From the NCBI GenBank assembly GCA_964631685.1, contig CAZVZU010000009.1, positions 24,807 to 88,806 on the forward strand: DNA of 64,000 nucleotides, read 5' to 3'. Made by a program: the position numbers and the translations under genes. The notes beneath the pieces were generated by a model. It ran no database searches. It had not been told where the DNA came from and saw nothing but the letters and a program-made list of their open reading frames with translations. Positions 1-10,462 of this stretch are shown here, piece after piece (the first letter of the stretch is position 1; each line of letters opens with the position of its first letter). This DNA is from an uncultured Actinomycetes bacterium (GTDB lineage: Bacteria; SZUA-79; Acidulodesulfobacterales; Acidulodesulfobacteraceae).

Positions 1-854
1 TCGGTAACAGCTCTATTTCTCCAGTATTTTGCAGAGTAACGCCAGTAATGATTTGGATTAAATTCCGGATAATTTGCCATTGCAAGAATGGCTCCCGTAT
101 TTGGATTCATGAGTATTGCAAAAGCGCCTTTTGAGCCTGCCGCCTTAGCCTCCTTATCTAAATAATATTGCGTAACAAACTGTAACTGTTTGTTTATAGT
201 TAAATAAATATTATCTCCGTGGGTCGCCCTTCTAAGCCCGAAACCTTTCATGAATATATACTGTCCTAAACCATCGTGTAAAACCTTTAATACATGTTTG
301 CTACCCTTTAAAAATTTATTATATTTATACTCTATTCCCGATAAACCGTTATCATTAATACCGACAAAGCCTAAAACATGTGCCAACAATGTCCCGTTAG
401 GATAGTATCTTACAGGCTGCCTAACTATAATGACCCCGTTAATATGTAATTTTTCAACATCATTTGCAATATGTCCCGATACTCTCCTTTGGATCCATGA
501 AAATTGAACATTACGATTTAATATCTTGATTACTTTCCTAAAGCTGATTCCTAATAACCTTGACAACCTTTCTGCATTTTTAAGTTTATGCCTTACCATT
601 AAAGGGTCAACGGCAACTCCTTTAATATTAACGCTCGTTGCAAGAACGCTACCGTTAGACGAATAAATATTCCCTCTCTTAGGTGTAAAATATACCTCCA
701 CATGAAACTGCCGATGGGCAAGTAATCTCAATCTCCTCCCTTCGATTACTTGGAGATTAAATGCCCTTATTATTAATAAACCGCCCAAAATTACTAAGAC
801 TGTGAAACCAATCAGCATTCTTAGTCTCAAGGTTGTTTTCCATAGTCTAATCAT
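1..854 (-). CDS. ftsI: Penicillin-binding protein 3 / peptidoglycan transpeptidase, N-terminal part (runs off the window start)
   Basis: Not in the ORF track; translated by hand from ATG 854 (overlaps the ftsL end): TM anchor, PKRGNI, RYYPNG-LLAHVLGFVG, GLSGIE, GDNIYLTIN, GAILAMANYPEFNPN; follows ftsL. Confidence 0.95.
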   Translation of the reverse strand, partial: MIRLWKTTLRLRMLIGFTVLVILGGLLIIRAFNLQVIEGRRLRLLAHRQFHVEVYFTPKRGNIYSSNGSVLATSVNIKGVAVDPLMVRHKLKNAERLSRLLGISFRKVIKILNRNVQFSWIQRRVSGHIANDVEKLHINGVIIVRQPVRYYPNGTLLAHVLGFVGINDNGLSGIEYKYNKFLKGSKHVLKVLHDGLGQYIFMKGFGLRRATHGDNIYLTINKQLQFVTQYYLDKEAKAAGSKGAFAILMNPNTGAILAMANYPEFNPNHYWRYSAKYWRNRAVT

Positions 855-1113
855 TGACCATTATGATTTCGCCCTCTTTTGGATAAACAAAACCCATCTT
901 TTTAGCAATTCTATAAATCCTTGAGGGTGAACTTAACGCCGTTTTTTTAATTACAAGTTCCTTGTGTTTATGTTCAAGTCTTGATTTAACAACATTTAAC
1001 TTGTTTATATCATATCCAAGTTTTATGCTTTCCATAGTCGTCCAAACATAAAACATGCCCAGTATAGTAAATATTATTATCGAAACGATGAAATACGGTT
1101 TTATTTTAGACAT
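847..1113 (-). CDS. ftsL: Cell division protein FtsL
   Basis: 88 aa, one TM helix plus coiled coil, LSSPSRI..IAKKMGF motif; lies between rsmH and ftsI. Confidence 0.85.
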   Translation of the reverse strand: MSKIKPYFIVSIIIFTILGMFYVWTTMESIKLGYDINKLNVVKSRLEHKHKELVIKKTALSSPSRIYRIAKKMGFVYPKEGEIIMVND

Positions 1114-1993
1114 GACGAAAAGCCCTCAATTTTGCACTTCTAGATCTTGGATTAGCCCTAACCTCTTCACTCGACGGCAATAGTGGCTTTTTAAACAACG
1201 GCGTAAAATTTACATTGCCCTTAAAAATATTTTTAACGATTCTGTCTTCCCCTGAGTGAAAGGATATAACAACTACAACACCTCCCGGATTCACTACATT
1301 GTCAAGTTTTTCCAAGCACTCCGTTAATGAATCGTATTCTTTGTTCACGAAAATCCTTAACGCCATGAATGTTCTGGTGGCGGGATTTATCCTTAATTTT
1401 CCGGAACCTTTAAAGAATGCCCTCCTTATAACATCTCTTAACTCAATGGGGGTCTCTATTCTCTTTTTTTTTCTATATTCTACAATCTTCCTTGCTATTC
1501 TCCTCGAATGCCTTTCGTCTCCCAGCCTCCATATGATATCCGCAATAATTTTTTCGGGATAATGGTTCACAATTTCGTAAGCGGTCAGATTATCATCCTT
1601 ATTCATTCTCATATCGATATCACCCTCTTCGCTAAAGCTGAATCCCCTACCACCTTCAAGCTGTATAGAGCTTATGCCAAGATCAAAAACTACTCCGTCA
1701 ACACCTTCGAAATCCGATTCCCTGACTATGTCGTCTATTCTGTTGAAATTTGAATGAAACAGTTTAAATCGTTTTTTATCAAATTCTTTCTCAAGTTCAA
1801 TTTGCACATTTTTAACCGCGCATTCATCCCTGTCGATTCCAATTAAAAAACCGTCAGGGGAAGAGATACTTAATATTTCTTTAGAAAACCCGCCGCCACC
1901 GATAGTACTATCTACATATACCCGTCCCCGCGCTATATTTATAATTTCAACAGTCTCGCCTAACATTACAGGCACATGTCTTGAGTCTTCCAT
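1106..1993 (-). CDS. rsmH: 16S rRNA m4C1402 methyltransferase
   Basis: HVPVML, DLGISSIQL, RGFSF, ISFHSGEDRIVK and NPRSRSAKLR motifs. Confidence 0.97.
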   Translation of the reverse strand: MEDSRHVPVMLGETVEIINIARGRVYVDSTIGGGGFSKEILSISSPDGFLIGIDRDECAVKNVQIELEKEFDKKRFKLFHSNFNRIDDIVRESDFEGVDGVVFDLGISSIQLEGGRGFSFSEEGDIDMRMNKDDNLTAYEIVNHYPEKIIADIIWRLGDERHSRRIARKIVEYRKKKRIETPIELRDVIRRAFFKGSGKLRINPATRTFMALRIFVNKEYDSLTECLEKLDNVVNPGGVVVVISFHSGEDRIVKNIFKGNVNFTPLFKKPLLPSSEEVRANPRSRSAKLRAFRHV

Positions 1994-2014
1994 ATAGTAT
2001 TTAAATCTAAATAT

Positions 2015-2458
2015 TTAAAACCCAATTTGGGCCATTGTGGCGGCAATTGAATCAAAATTAGTTTTCGCACTTTCAAAGTTTGTGTCCCATAGATCTTTAT
2101 TCCATATTTCAAATCTGTTTATTATTCCGACGAGTACAACCTCTTTGTCTATATTTCCGCTAATTTTAAGTGATTGCGGGATAAGAAATCTATCCATTTT
2201 ATCAAGTTCGAGTTCAGATGCCCCTGAAAAAAAATATCTCAAAAATTCTAGGACATCTTTCTGCATAGAAGGAAGTTTAAGTGCTTTGTTTTCTAATTTA
2301 CGCCACTCCTCGATGGGATAGGCAACAAGACACTTATCAAGATTGGTGAGCACAAGCGTGGTATTGTTAAAATTTGACATAAGTGACTCCTTAATCTTAC
2401 ATGGAAGTTTAACTCTACCTTTATCGTCAATTGAATGAATATATCTTCCGCTAAACAT
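2015..2458 (-). CDS. mraZ: Transcriptional regulator MraZ
   Basis: Two SpoVT/AbrB repeats (IDDKGRV, LDKMDRFLIP, RFEIW); first gene of the dcw cluster. Confidence 0.96.
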   Translation of the reverse strand: MFSGRYIHSIDDKGRVKLPCKIKESLMSNFNNTTLVLTNLDKCLVAYPIEEWRKLENKALKLPSMQKDVLEFLRYFFSGASELELDKMDRFLIPQSLKISGNIDKEVVLVGIINRFEIWNKDLWDTNFESAKTNFDSIAATMAQIGF

Positions 2459-2490
2459 AAAATTAAAAATATTTAAATATAATTAAGTAG

Positions 2491-2517
2491 TTACCACTTT
2501 TTACCACTTTTTACCAC
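2491..2517 (-). promoter_or_regulatory. Putative MraZ-binding direct repeats: three GTGGTAA units with a 10-bp period
   Basis: Plus strand ttaccacttt ttaccacttt ttaccac, between the promoter and mraZ; MraZ is known to bind GTGG/TGGG-type repeats in its own promoter. Confidence 0.8.
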
Positions 2518-2523
2518 ATATAA

Positions 2524-2552
2524 ATAATATTATTGATTTTAGTAAAAGTCAA
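2524..2552 (-). promoter_or_regulatory. Putative sigma70 promoter of the dcw operon
   Basis: TTGACT-17 nt-TATTAT on the minus strand, just upstream of the MraZ boxes. Confidence 0.6.
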
Positions 2553-2751
2553 GTGAATTGAATAAAAAAATTATTAATCTGCCGATAATCACACAAAAAT
2601 TGCCCACGACAATCCTCTGAAGCGCACTAATTAATTGTAAACACAACGGATTAATAATTTTTGAAGTTTTATATTTTTAGAACAAATAAATGGCAGGTAA
2701 ATTTTTTAAAGAGAGATATTGCCGTTTCGCACCACAAATGCGGTATCCTTA

Positions 2752-3657
2752 TTAGGCAAACAAGTATCCTTCAAGCCAATCTTTTAAATGCGTTTTTTTC
2801 AATTCGAGCAATCTATTAGATTCTCTGATATTGCAATCGCAAATATTATCGTACTTTAGCATTTTAATCTGTTCGGATGTTACAGGCAGGTTCTTGACAT
2901 GGAGCAATCTTTCGAGAATTCCTAATGACCCTTCCGCTATAAAATATGGCGCATGAATTTTTAATTTCTTTGGCGGGGATAACTCCATAATTAAATCTAT
3001 TATACCATCAAAGGTGTAAATATCGGGACCGCACAACTGAAAAACCCTATTTATTGTTTTTTCATTATACAAAGAATTATTGTATGCATCCGCAACAGAA
3101 AAAACATCCACGGGAGCAAGCTTATTCTCCCCTGACCCGATCACCGGAACAACTAACTTTGTCTTTATTAACCTTATGATATCATCAAAAAAGGCCGCGT
3201 TATCACCAAAAATCAGAGAAGGACGAAAAACTGTCCATTTCAGACCTGAATCTTTAACAATTGCCTCTCCCTTATATTTTGTAGAAAAGTATTCCGAATC
3301 GTTTTCGTTCGCACCAAGTGCGCTCATATGTATAAATCTATCTATGCCGTTTTTTTTTGCTAGTTCAAGTATGATTTTAACATAATCTACATGGATTTTT
3401 TGGAAGGAAAAACTGCGCAGGCTCTTTATTGTTCCTATAAGATTTACTATAGCATCAAATCTATTATTTGATAAAAAAACATCCAATGCGTCTTTGTTTT
3501 CAATATCCCCCTCGAAAACATCAAAACCGATATCTTTTAACCTCGGAATGTTCTTTCTATTGCGTACTAAAAGCGTAACAGATGCACCTGAGGATTTTAT
3601 TTTTTCGGATACGACCGAACCGACAAAACCTGTTCCGCCGGTAATAAAGATCCTCAT
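2752..3657 (-). CDS. NAD(P)-binding atypical SDR, NDUFA9-like epimerase/dehydratase
   Basis: TGGTGFVG Rossmann motif, HMSALGA, YFSTK, RPSLIFG. Confidence 0.85.
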   Translation of the reverse strand: MRIFITGGTGFVGSVVSEKIKSSGASVTLLVRNRKNIPRLKDIGFDVFEGDIENKDALDVFLSNNRFDAIVNLIGTIKSLRSFSFQKIHVDYVKIILELAKKNGIDRFIHMSALGANENDSEYFSTKYKGEAIVKDSGLKWTVFRPSLIFGDNAAFFDDIIRLIKTKLVVPVIGSGENKLAPVDVFSVADAYNNSLYNEKTINRVFQLCGPDIYTFDGIIDLIMELSPPKKLKIHAPYFIAEGSLGILERLLHVKNLPVTSEQIKMLKYDNICDCNIRESNRLLELKKTHLKDWLEGYLFA

Positions 3658-3667
3658 ATGTCCCGCC

Positions 3668-4624
3668 TTATTTTATATCCTTGTAATTAAAATAATGAAT
3701 GGCTTCCACGTACCTGACGGTTCCGGTCTTAGACCTCATAACGACGGAATAAGTCTTAGCCCCTCCTTGAAAAAATTCTACGCCCTTAAGGTAATCACCA
3801 CTGGTAACACCGGTAGCAACAAATATAACATCTCCAGCCGCAAGCTCATTGATGTTATATATCTTGCCCAAGTCCTTTATTCCCATCTCAAGAGCGCGCT
3901 CTTTTTCTCCTTCATTTCTAAAAGAAAGCTTGCCCTGCATATCTCCGCCAACACACCTTAACGCCGCCGCGCCAAGAACACCCTCTGGAGCTCCGCCGGT
4001 ACCCAAAAGAACATCTATACCGGAATCCTCCTTCGCGGTAGCTATCGCACCTGCAACATCCCCGTCTTGAATCAGTTTAATTCTTGCACCAGTCTTTCTT
4101 ACCTCTTCAATCAAACCCTTATGCCTTTCGCGATCAAGAATAATAACAGTTAAATCTTCGACATATCTATTTAAGGCCTCGGCAATTCTATGAAGATTCT
4201 CGGTAGAAGAAAGATTAATATCAATAACTCCCTTTGCCCTGGGACCAACGGCTATTTTTTGCATATACGTATCAGGAGCATGAAGGAAATTTCCACTGTC
4301 TCCTATTGCCATAACAGCTATAGCATTTGCTATGCTATTCGCCGCCAACGTCGTTCCTTCCAACGGATCGACTGCTATATCAACTTTTTGCCCATTACCA
4401 CTTCCAACCTTCTCTCCGATATAAAGCATAGGGGCTTCATCTCTTTCTCCCTCGCCTATTACAATCGTTCCATCTATGTCTACATACTCGAGAGAACTCC
4501 TCATTGACTCAACTGCTGCTTTGTCAGCGGCCTTTTCGTCTCCCCTGCCTACAAACCTAGACACGGATATGGCAGCATGCTCCGTGACCCTAGCAAATTC
4601 AATTGTTAATGCTTTATCATCCAC
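3668..4624 (-). CDS. glpX: Fructose-1,6-bisphosphatase class II
   Basis: IVIGEGERDEAPML, DIAVDPLEGT, APDTYM, GGAPEGV; GTG start. Confidence 0.96.
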   Translation of the reverse strand: MDDKALTIEFARVTEHAAISVSRFVGRGDEKAADKAAVESMRSSLEYVDIDGTIVIGEGERDEAPMLYIGEKVGSGNGQKVDIAVDPLEGTTLAANSIANAIAVMAIGDSGNFLHAPDTYMQKIAVGPRAKGVIDINLSSTENLHRIAEALNRYVEDLTVIILDRERHKGLIEEVRKTGARIKLIQDGDVAGAIATAKEDSGIDVLLGTGGAPEGVLGAAALRCVGGDMQGKLSFRNEGEKERALEMGIKDLGKIYNINELAAGDVIFVATGVTSGDYLKGVEFFQGGAKTYSVVMRSKTGTVRYVEAIHYFNYKDIK

Positions 4625-4655
4625 GACTTATCTCCCTAATTTATGTACTTAACTT

Positions 4656-5447
4656 TTATACGCGTTCCGGTACGCCGTCATATTCGTGAAGATCAGGAGA
4701 TAACCTCCTAAAGGGCTTTTCTCTGAGCCACTCTTCAAAAACTTGACCAACAAGTCCGCAAGAGCGAGCAATTATAAAGAAACCCTTTCCTAGCCTATAA
4801 TCAAAACCCATGTCTGAAATTATAGCAGCAATACAACCATCAACGTTCAACGGAAGTTTTCGCTCCGGTTTTTTGATCTTAAATTCATCCCCGATCGCCA
4901 CAGCAAGCTTAACATAGTTGCCGCCAAAATTTAAGTCTCCCGCAACCTCAAGAAGCCTTTTTGTTCTTGGATCAACCGTATGCAATTTATGCCCATAGCC
5001 AGCAAGTCTTTTCTTGTTTCTAGCAGCATCATCAACAATATTTTTCGCCATTTCTTTAATATCTACATCACTAATGGCTTCCTTGTCTTTTAAATAATCC
5101 TGAAACATTTTCGCAGACTTCTCTATTGCTCCTCCGTGAGAATCCCCTAATGTAAGAATTCCACCCGCTACTGCAACATTGAGTGCATTTCCGCCGGAAA
5201 AAATAGTCCTAGCGGCAACGGATGACGGCGTAGCAATACCGGCATCTATACACGAAACGAAAATAGCATCCAGCATTTTTGCCTCATTACGCGTTGGCAT
5301 TTCACCCTTTAAAAGTAAAAAACAGACCTCAGCGTAAGATTTATTTCCAATTAAACTATCAAGGTTGTAACCTCTGATAAGAATCTTTCCGTCCTGGTTA
5401 GACGTAATGGCAGTCCGCCACTCTTTTTTAGAATTTATTTCGGACAC
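4656..5447 (-). CDS. ccl: Citryl-CoA lyase
   Basis: 263 aa citrate-synthase-fold half (WRTAIT, IRGY, HGGAIE, GYGHKLHTVDPR, LPLNVDG), too short for citrate synthase; follows ccsAB. Confidence 0.85.
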   Translation of the reverse strand: MSEINSKKEWRTAITSNQDGKILIRGYNLDSLIGNKSYAEVCFLLLKGEMPTRNEAKMLDAIFVSCIDAGIATPSSVAARTIFSGGNALNVAVAGGILTLGDSHGGAIEKSAKMFQDYLKDKEAISDVDIKEMAKNIVDDAARNKKRLAGYGHKLHTVDPRTKRLLEVAGDLNFGGNYVKLAVAIGDEFKIKKPERKLPLNVDGCIAAIISDMGFDYRLGKGFFIIARSCGLVGQVFEEWLREKPFRRLSPDLHEYDGVPERV

Positions 5448-5517
5448 AGGTATAACTCCTCTATCTAAAAATTTTAATATTATAAAAAAACCTTTTTCTA
5501 CCTACACTCTATAATAA

Positions 5518-6528
5518 TCATAATGTGCTGTACAGAGGCTTAATTTCATCAGAGGAACCATCCTTAAAATCCCTTTTAACCCCAAGTGAAATCAATGCAT
5601 TAATAAGCTCATGATAAAACTTTGCAACCTTAATAGTACCCGTTTTTTCACCTACTTTTTCTAATATTTTTATCTTGTCGGTTGCCTTCCCCATACCCCT
5701 TTCTACAATTGCACCCGCATGTCCGAAGGAAACTCCATCCGGCATATTTTCCTGAAATACTCCTGCAACAAAAACGGCTAAGGGTTTAGTGTAACCACCA
5801 TTAGTTACAAGTTCAGCAACCTGCTCTTCATACGTACCTCCAGGCTCACCCATTATGACGCAAGCCTGAACACTTTTATCCCTTTCCAACTCAGGCAAAA
5901 TATCCGCAAAAGTCGTACATGCAATAACATCGCCGCCCACAGCCAAAGCCATATATATACCGAAGCCCCTTCTTTTTAACATTTCAGATGTAGTAACCGT
6001 AAGCCCGCCACTCTTTGAAAGGACTACAATAGAGCCGTCCCTAAAAGCAACACTAGGATCCTTACCCCCGATTGCACCTATTCTGCCAACAGATGGAACA
6101 AAACACCCTAAGGACGTTCCTCCTATGACAGTAACCCCTTTTTCTCTGGCAAGCTCGTATATTATAATGGAATCCCTAATAGGAACATGCTCCGTGACAA
6201 TATATATTAATTTAATACCATTATCTATTAACTCATAAACAGCATCAAGCACTGATGTAGGAGGAACATATATTAGCCCAACATTCACCGACATCTTTAA
6301 TTCTTTAATTTGTAAAGCATTATTTACGGTATCAAAAACGGGAACAGGACAGTCATCTCTCAGGACTGTTCCGCCCTTGCCCGGGGTTACGCCACACTTT
6401 ACAATGCCGGGATAAAGTCTTTCGGATTCTATAACAACTTGAGATGCCTCTCTTCCCGTTATTCCGATTACTATAACTCCTGTGCCGTCATTCAAATATT
6501 TAGTGCCTTTCATGTTCTTAGTCTCCAA
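5518..6528 (-). CDS. ccsB: Citryl-CoA synthetase small subunit (SucD-like)
   Basis: GITGREA, GVTPGKGG, TEHVPIRD, SKSGGL, phospho-His motif FGHAGA; longer than SucD and adjacent to ccl. Confidence 0.8.
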   Translation of the reverse strand: METKNMKGTKYLNDGTGVIVIGITGREASQVVIESERLYPGIVKCGVTPGKGGTVLRDDCPVPVFDTVNNALQIKELKMSVNVGLIYVPPTSVLDAVYELIDNGIKLIYIVTEHVPIRDSIIIYELAREKGVTVIGGTSLGCFVPSVGRIGAIGGKDPSVAFRDGSIVVLSKSGGLTVTTSEMLKRRGFGIYMALAVGGDVIACTTFADILPELERDKSVQACVIMGEPGGTYEEQVAELVTNGGYTKPLAVFVAGVFQENMPDGVSFGHAGAIVERGMGKATDKIKILEKVGEKTGTIKVAKFYHELINALISLGVKRDFKDGSSDEIKPLYSTL

Positions 6529-7770
6529 TCATACAATATTTTTAGATGTTAAAATCTCGTAAAGTTTTTGCGGCGCCTCCGTAAGCGGAAGCTCCGAATC
6601 ATATATTACAGCTTTAATGTTATTTTTTTTAAAGCAATCATTAAGCATCTTTAGCCCCTTCTCGTATTCAGGACCACTTCGCCTAACTACCCATACCAGT
6701 CCCTCTGGGAATATTCCGTCCTTTTTCATCTCTTCGATAGCAGATACAAGGCCTTCACCCAGCGTAACATCTATTCTCGTGTTACTCGCTGTTCCGCCAC
6801 ACACCAAAATGGCCTTCAAGCCAGGCTTTGAAAGGATAATTTTTGAAATTTTATTCATCTTTTCTGCCGGAGGGTTTCCGCCGATGTCAGTAAGGTTGGC
6901 AGGCTTTAAACCTAATGCAAAAACCGTCTCTGCAGTAATAGTCGAACCGCCACCCCCAAATGTCATAAGGCCGATATCTCCATCTAATTCAACATAGGAA
7001 CCGGCTTTCCCCCTATGATCATCCCTGTCTATTAAATGTGCCGCAACCTCTCTTTTTGTGAGAGGCCTACCCATTGCGCCTCGAGCAGTATAGACTTTAG
7101 ATGGAGCAATTCTTGCGTCATCATCTATCATGGTTACGGCATCTATAGCTAAAATCTTTTGTTTTCCAGAGTTTACCTTATCACCGGCAATTATTAGAGG
7201 ATTGACCTCTAAAAGCCTTGATTCAGAATTCCAAAACCCCTTGTACATATTCGCAATAACCTCGGAAAGCTGCCTTAATACAGCCTTGTCATCAAATCCA
7301 ATCTGCAACAAATGCTCCCTCACCTTGTACGGAAAAAGTCCTACAAGAGGATCTATCTCGAAAGCAAATATTTTAGATGGGTCTTGCTCCTCGATATCCA
7401 TCCCACCCTGAAGTGAAATAGCAAAAACTGGACGCCTAGGTTTTGAAGAATATGAAAAACTCACATATATTTCCTTTATAATGAGTGCCTTTTCTTGTAT
7501 AATAACGCTCACGGGTTTTTCTCCGTAAACTTCCGCCTCCATTAGTGCCAAAACATGCTCATTAGCCTCGTCTCCCGTATTGGCAAACTTGACGGCGCCA
7601 GCTTTCCCCCTTTTTCCCACAAGCACCTGAGACTTAATAACAACGTCTCCGTATTGTTCAACAAAATCAGATACATTTTGCCCAGGATGTTGAACAACTA
7701 AGTATTTTGGGGTAGGAACGCCATACTTCTTAAATATAGTGTCGTATGTTTCGTACTCGTAAAGTTTCAT
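6529..7770 (-). CDS. ccsA: Citryl-CoA synthetase large subunit (SucC-like ATP-grasp)
   Basis: MKLYEYE..IFKKYGVPTP, KSQVLVGKRGKAGAVK, GGGGST, DIGGNPP; resembles Aquificae CcsA as I recall it. Confidence 0.8.
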   Translation of the reverse strand: MKLYEYETYDTIFKKYGVPTPKYLVVQHPGQNVSDFVEQYGDVVIKSQVLVGKRGKAGAVKFANTGDEANEHVLALMEAEVYGEKPVSVIIQEKALIIKEIYVSFSYSSKPRRPVFAISLQGGMDIEEQDPSKIFAFEIDPLVGLFPYKVREHLLQIGFDDKAVLRQLSEVIANMYKGFWNSESRLLEVNPLIIAGDKVNSGKQKILAIDAVTMIDDDARIAPSKVYTARGAMGRPLTKREVAAHLIDRDDHRGKAGSYVELDGDIGLMTFGGGGSTITAETVFALGLKPANLTDIGGNPPAEKMNKISKIILSKPGLKAILVCGGTASNTRIDVTLGEGLVSAIEEMKKDGIFPEGLVWVVRRSGPEYEKGLKMLNDCFKKNNIKAVIYDSELPLTEAPQKLYEILTSKNIV

Positions 7771-7794
7771 AAATAATAATCCCCTTGTTCTGTT

Positions 7795-9039
7795 TTACAT
7801 ATTTTCTGCAATTCTTTCAGCAAATTGCGAACATTTAACCTTTATAGAACCATCCATCTGCCTTGCAAGATCATAGGTAACATATTTCTGTTCTATTGTC
7901 TTGTTAAGCCCTTCTTCGACGCGGTCAGCAGCCTCGTTCCAACCCATATGTTTTAACATCATCACAGCCGATAAAATCAACGAAGACGGATTCGCCTTAT
8001 CTTGATTTGTATATTTAGGAGCACTTCCGTGCGTTGCTTCAAAAACGGCTATCGTATCGGACATATTAGCACCCGGCGCCATGCCAAGCCCGCCTACTTG
8101 GGCGGCTAAAGCGTCAGACATATAATCACCGTTAAGATTAGGTAAGGCTAAGACAGAATATTCGTCGGGACGCAAGAGTCCTTGTTGAAACATGGAATCG
8201 GCAATCCTGTCTTTTATTATTATTTTGTCCGTAGGACCGGTAACATCGCTTTCAAAAACCACCTTATCACCGAACTCGGACTTTGCAATTTCATAGCCCC
8301 AATCCTTGAACGCTCCTTCGGTATATTTCATGATATTGCCCTTATGAACTAAGGTAACATTAGATTTATTATTGTCTATAGCATACTGAATAGCCTTCTT
8401 AACAAGTCTTTGTGATGCGAAACGCCCCATCGGTTTTATTCCTATAGCAGCATCATCTCTGATTTTTCCTTTTACATTAGGATCTAAATCTATCAAAAAA
8501 TTTCTGAGTTTTTTTACCTCTTCACTACCTGACATAAATTCTATGCCGGCATAAATATCTTCTGTGTTTTCCCTATATATAACCATATCTACTTTTTCAG
8601 GATGTTTGACCGGCGAAGGTATTCCTTTATAATATTTTACCGGCCTGACACAAGCGAAAAGATCAAGCTTCTGACGAATAGTCACATTTAATGATCTAAA
8701 TCCCCCGCCTATCGGTGTGGTCAACGGACCTTTAATACTTACGGCATATTCCTTAAGTGCCATCAATGTATCCTCAGGCAGATACTGTCCTTCTCCATAT
8801 TTTCCAATCGACTTCTCGCCCGCATAAATCTCAAACCAATTAATATTTTTTTTACCGCCGTAGGTTTTTTTAACAGCCGCATTAATTACGATACGCATAG
8901 CTCTGGTCAAATCTGCCCCGATCCCGTCACCTTCGATAAAAGGGATAATAGGGTCATCTGGAACTTCAAACTTGTTTGGTCCTAAAACCTTAATCTTCGA
9001 ACCCTCTTTGGGTTCCTTAATCTTTTGATATGATGCCAC
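7795..9039 (-). CDS. icd: Isocitrate dehydrogenase (dimeric, E. coli-type)
   Basis: [56 protein letters not shown]. Confidence 0.96.
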   Translation of the reverse strand: MASYQKIKEPKEGSKIKVLGPNKFEVPDDPIIPFIEGDGIGADLTRAMRIVINAAVKKTYGGKKNINWFEIYAGEKSIGKYGEGQYLPEDTLMALKEYAVSIKGPLTTPIGGGFRSLNVTIRQKLDLFACVRPVKYYKGIPSPVKHPEKVDMVIYRENTEDIYAGIEFMSGSEEVKKLRNFLIDLDPNVKGKIRDDAAIGIKPMGRFASQRLVKKAIQYAIDNNKSNVTLVHKGNIMKYTEGAFKDWGYEIAKSEFGDKVVFESDVTGPTDKIIIKDRIADSMFQQGLLRPDEYSVLALPNLNGDYMSDALAAQVGGLGMAPGANMSDTIAVFEATHGSAPKYTNQDKANPSSLILSAVMMLKHMGWNEAADRVEEGLNKTIEQKYVTYDLARQMDGSIKVKCSQFAERIAENM

Positions 9040-9101
9040 GAACTACCTCCTCGTAATCCACCTAAGTTAATGTTGAAAGAATCAAAATTTAAACTCCGGA
9101 T

Positions 9102-9130
9102 ATTATAGTAAAACATCTTTTTAAAATCAA
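9102..9130 (-). promoter_or_regulatory. Putative sigma70 promoter of the icd-ccsAB-ccl-glpX operon
   Basis: TTGATT-17 nt-TATAAT on the minus strand. Confidence 0.65.
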
Positions 9131-9172
9131 GTAAAAAGTAAAATTACTTAGTTTATATGAATAGAGACAGCT

Positions 9173-10408
9173 CTATTTGAACTCTTCAAATGAATTCACG
9201 AAGGCACTAAACAATAATGGGCCGGAAGAGAAAAATAGACCACTGCTTTGCGCCATGACTTCAGAATAAGCATTAGAACAATATTTACTTTTTGTGCCCT
9301 TCATCGCTGTCGAATATCCACAAAACGGCACCGGCTCAGGCGTATGTTTTTTAAGTTCTACGCGGTTATAATGATCGGGCGATATCATTATAGTGTATTC
9401 ATTATATTTCTTAAGGCCTTCAACAACCCCGCCAACAATAAATTTATCGAAATCCTCTATAGCTTTTATTTTATTTGATATATTTCCCTCGTGAGATGCC
9501 TCATCGGGGGCTTCGACATGTATATAGACAAAATCACCTGATTTTAACGACTCCATGCCATGAATGACCTTACCCTTGTAATCGGTATCAAGATATCCCG
9601 TCGCTCCCGGAACATTCACGACATCAAGCCCTGCATATTTTCCGATACCTTTTACTAAATCTACAGCAGAGATAACCGAACCGTCTATGCCATAAATCTC
9701 CTTCATAGGCGGCATAGACGGTTTATATCCCTGCCCCCACAACCATATGGAATTTGCGGGTAATTTACCCATCTGTATCCTTTTTAAATTTTCGGGGTGA
9801 TTATTAAGGATAACGCCCGCTTTTTCCATAATATCCAATATTTCCTTGCTACCGGTACCATACGGAAGATACTCGGCAATGTTTAAGTCTGGTATATCAT
9901 GTGGAGCAACCGTATTTAACCCATCTACATTTATATTGCGCACTGTCATTAAGTGTCTATAACTAACGCCGGGATAGAAATTAACCCTATCATTCCCTAA
10001 TTCCTTTTGAAATGTTTGCATTATTTTAGCGGCGCTCTCCGTATCTATATGACCGCCCGAGTAATCTTTCATTATCTTATTGCCTTTCTCTTCCGATATA
10101 TTGACAAAATTAAGCCTGAATGCAACATCCTCTGCCCCAAGCTTAACCCCCATACTCGCCGCCTCTAACGGTGACCTTCCTGTATAATATTTGACCGGAT
10201 CGTATCCCAATATAGACATTGAGCCTATATCACTCCCAGGCAGACAGCTGTCGGGAATAGTTTTTATCAGACCGGTAACCCCATTGCTTGCAATATTATC
10301 CAGATTCGGGGTATCGGCAGACTCCATGGGGGATTTCCCGCCAAGCTCTCTTAGCGGAAAATCCGCCATGCCGTCTGGGCATAAAATAACATACTTATGA
10401 TTATTCAT
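9173..10408 (-). CDS. apgM: Cofactor-independent phosphoglycerate mutase family protein (archaeal type; proposed homoserine kinase subfamily)
   Basis: DGMAD, PGSD, GRSPLEAA, YPGVSYRH, HVEAPDEASHEG, PDH; in the hom-thrC operon. Confidence 0.85.
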   Translation of the reverse strand: MNNHKYVILCPDGMADFPLRELGGKSPMESADTPNLDNIASNGVTGLIKTIPDSCLPGSDIGSMSILGYDPVKYYTGRSPLEAASMGVKLGAEDVAFRLNFVNISEEKGNKIMKDYSGGHIDTESAAKIMQTFQKELGNDRVNFYPGVSYRHLMTVRNINVDGLNTVAPHDIPDLNIAEYLPYGTGSKEILDIMEKAGVILNNHPENLKRIQMGKLPANSIWLWGQGYKPSMPPMKEIYGIDGSVISAVDLVKGIGKYAGLDVVNVPGATGYLDTDYKGKVIHGMESLKSGDFVYIHVEAPDEASHEGNISNKIKAIEDFDKFIVGGVVEGLKKYNEYTIMISPDHYNRVELKKHTPEPVPFCGYSTAMKGTKSKYCSNAYSEVMAQSSGLFFSSGPLLFSAFVNSFEEFK

Positions 10409-10462
10409 ATGTATAAAATAATCCTCCCAATAATTTTATGGTTTATAATTGTAATTTACGGC

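Noticed and set aside
2553..2751. RNase P RNA or another ncRNA upstream of mraZ
   Set aside because: The spacer is too short and AT-rich and lacks the GAGGAAAGUCC signature
4656..5447. Truncated citrate synthase pseudogene
   Set aside because: Intact ORF with RBS and the size and context expected of citryl-CoA lyase
5518..7770. Succinyl-CoA synthetase (sucCD) or ATP-citrate lyase
   Set aside because: Subunit lengths, Aquificae-like N-terminal motifs and a separate adjacent citryl-CoA lyase fit CcsAB better; AclA would carry the lyase domain fused
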